Source: Mayamaea pseudoterrestris (lineage: Eukaryota). From it: a DNA stretch of 64,000 nucleotides. The stretch is from the NCBI GenBank assembly GCA_027923505.1, contig BROI01000019.1, positions 620,001 through 684,000 of the forward strand, given 5' to 3'. The translations under genes were made by a program, and so were the position numbers. Every line of letters starts with the position of its first letter. Positions within the stretch are counted from its first letter, which is position 1. Below are positions 61,887 to 64,000 of this stretch, in pieces. The notes below the pieces were generated by a model that was not told where the DNA came from, searched no databases, and was given only the letters and a program-made list of their open reading frames with translations.

Positions 61887-64000
61887 TTAAATGTCCTGCC
61901 AAAGAATTATCTTGCCGTCCGCCCCGCAAGTGAAGATCCAAGGTTGCGAAGGATGAAACGCCAACGACAAAACTCCGTACTGATTAGCGATCTGATGTCC
62001 ACGCAAAATCTTGACCGGTACAATCAATGGATTGCGCATCAAATCGTTATAGACCATACTGTGAAAAACGTGAACAGTGCCATCGTCGGATGCACTTGCC
62101 ATAAGTGGGTAACGAGGGTGGAAGCGGCCGCCGCGAATAGCCTTCTCGTGGTACTTCAGCGATTTATAAGGCGACGTGCTCAAATCCAAGTCAAACCAGA
62201 CCATGCGTCGATCCAAAGAGCCGACAATCAGATGATCGCCTGACGGATGAATGTCAATGGAAGATATCCAGCGGCATCCCGACATGAGACGCTTAACCAT
62301 GTTCTGTTTCACCAAATGATAGATGCGAATATGCTGCTGGCTTGCCACAAACAAAAACGGCTTGTTTGGGTGAAAGCAAGCGACTTGAGCCTCTGCTTTG
62401 GATTTGCTAAAAGGTTGCTGAGAGGTGCCTTTGCTAAGCTGATGAATAAGTACGGCTGCAGCCCCTGCCTTCGGGCTGACAGACAAGAAATAATCACCCT
62501 TTATCTGCCATCGTACATTAGCAACATCCTTGTTAGTATGGAGAATGCAAACAGGACCAAATGCACTTGCGTGAGCGCTAATCGGTTTGCCGCTATCCGA
62601 TGACGGCTGTGCTATCCATTTAACAGCGCTAGCAGCTTTCCCACTCACTGCAGCGCCGCCCGTCGAGCAAGCCACGAGCAAGGCTTCCGTAATTTCGGAA
62701 TCAACCTCGCCACCCGTACCAGTCGCAACGACAATCACGCACTTGCCAATAACCGCAAGGAGGCAATGGTGCGAACGATTCGGGTTCCATTCAACACCCA
62801 CGACGGGTAGAACAGCATCGCCATCGTCATCTAAATTATCAGTGTTCGTTGACGCAACGATACTGGAAAGGTTCCAGCTTCGAAGCAGCCGACCAGTCTG
62901 CACTTCCCAAAGGCGAAGTATACCATCGGACGCACCCGACACCAAGAATTGTCCGTCTGGACTCGGTGAGATGCATCGAATAAGCGGGGATGGTGTCCCA
63001 TCATCATGCGGGGTCTTGTATTCGACACATTTTGCCGTTGGAAACGGCCTCAAGTCTCGCGCCTTTGGCAGTTGTGGCACTAGCGACTCTGGATCGATAT
63101 TCAAGCGCCGCTTCATGACGCGCGGACACAAATACAGATCCAAGCAGCGCTCAAACGCTTCTCGGACCGAGTGATGGTACGCTCCAACCGAACGAAGATT
63201 GGGAAACTTTTTCGGAATCAGGTGCCCATGCGGACGATCCTGTGGTTCCATGTCAGCCCATTTTTTCAAATCCTCATCCGTCGGCAAATACTCGTCCGGA
63301 GGAACATAGCTTTCCGCATGACCTGGCGGGGGCAGCTTCGGTGCGCTAATGTGTTGGGGACCCTTTCGTAGAGCCAGTTCATCCTCTTCATCGCCCTTCC
63401 ACAAAACATACGGCAAATTCGGATCTTTCTTGTTGACGTCATTCATGTCGCGAATCTTGCCCGTCAAATAGTCCATGTTAATCAAGCCCTTATCCAGTCG
63501 ATCAAGTAGCTTCTGCACCTGCATTTGATCCCATTTGCTCGGCTGGAAGCGCGACTTTGGCTCGTAGCGATCAGCATTAAGACCCGAGATTTCTTGGTTA
63601 ACGCCGGAAAAGTAATCTACATAGTCGGGATTTCCGTCATGCTCGGCATGCGCGTATGCACCACTCTGCACGCGGCGAATGAGCTCAAGCTGATGCGGCG
63701 TAAGTTCCACATCTCGATCGTTCAAAGCGTCATGAACAACGTACTTTCCTTGCGCGCGATTGTCCTGGTTTGCCAAGGCTTGATCAATGCGGTCGCCACT
63801 TGTCGTTGACTTTGCCATTTTCTCGCCATGTACATTGTAACCAACATGCTCAAATTCATCGTACCAGTGCAATGGAACCTTTCCAATGCGATTATTCTTG
63901 CCTTCTTCGTCGTCGTCATCCGACGAAAGATCGTCTGTATGCATCCATTCGGCAGCCTTCTTGTCCTTGGTCGCAGTCTTTTTCCATGAGCGCGGTGCCT
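61887..64000 (-). CDS. BOP1: Ribosome biogenesis protein BOP1/Erb1 (5' end beyond window)
   Basis: N.IG.VPL.WYD...H.GY, APKLPPPGHAESY.PP.EYL, FERCLDLYLCPR, LRPFP and C-terminal WD40 repeats. Confidence 0.96.
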   Translation of the reverse strand, partial: APRSWKKTATKDKKAAEWMHTDDLSSDDDDEEGKNNRIGKVPLHWYDEFEHVGYNVHGEKMAKSTTSGDRIDQALANQDNRAQGKYVVHDALNDRDVELTPHQLELIRRVQSGAYAHAEHDGNPDYVDYFSGVNQEISGLNADRYEPKSRFQPSKWDQMQVQKLLDRLDKGLINMDYLTGKIRDMNDVNKKDPNLPYVLWKGDEEDELALRKGPQHISAPKLPPPGHAESYVPPDEYLPTDEDLKKWADMEPQDRPHGHLIPKKFPNLRSVGAYHHSVREAFERCLDLYLCPRVMKRRLNIDPESLVPQLPKARDLRPFPTAKCVEYKTPHDDGTPSPLIRCISPSPDGQFLVSGASDGILRLWEVQTGRLLRSWNLSSIVASTNTDNLDDDGDAVLPVVGVEWNPNRSHHCLLAVIGKCVIVVATGTGGEVDSEITEALLVACSTGGAAVSGKAASAVKWIAQPSSDSGKPISAHASAFGPVCILHTNKDVANVRWQIKGDYFLSVSPKAGAAAVLIHQLSKGTSQQPFSKSKAEAQVACFHPNKPFLFVASQQHIRIYHLVKQNMVKRLMSGCRWISSIDIHPSGDHLIVGSLDRRMVWFDLDLSTSPYKSLKYHEKAIRGGRFHPRYPLMASASDDGTVHVFHSMVYNDLMRNPLIVPVKILRGHQIANQYGVLSLAFHPSQPWIFTCGADGKIILWQDI

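Overview
Eukaryotic window, most likely from a compact diatom genome. Support: short GT-AG introns, a bipartite signal+'F' plastid presequence on lumazine synthase, and RXL-motif Cys-rich membrane proteins. About 21 protein-coding genes lie in two gene-dense blocks (7.9-20.2 kb and 36.9-64 kb): GH128, DHHC palmitoyltransferase, rhomboid-like, RUVBL1, lumazine synthase, 2-hydroxyacid dehydrogenase, EMC10, F-box/SPRY, two RING ligases, MscS, HisRS, double-GH20, GAF-ankyrin, BOP1 and others. About 24 kb is tandem repeat in two mosaic blocks (1-7.4 kb and 20.4-36.7 kb). These are built from at least six different ~170-185 bp monomer types, two of them fused as 346/352 bp dimers. The main observation is that these otherwise dissimilar monomers share one conserved module, TG(A/T)GACT-[variable hairpin]-CA(G/T)TG(C/G), with compensatory base changes in the hairpin. 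This suggests a structured recognition, nicking or protein-binding site behind a modular satellite system. The many short ORFs inside the repeats are not considered genes.
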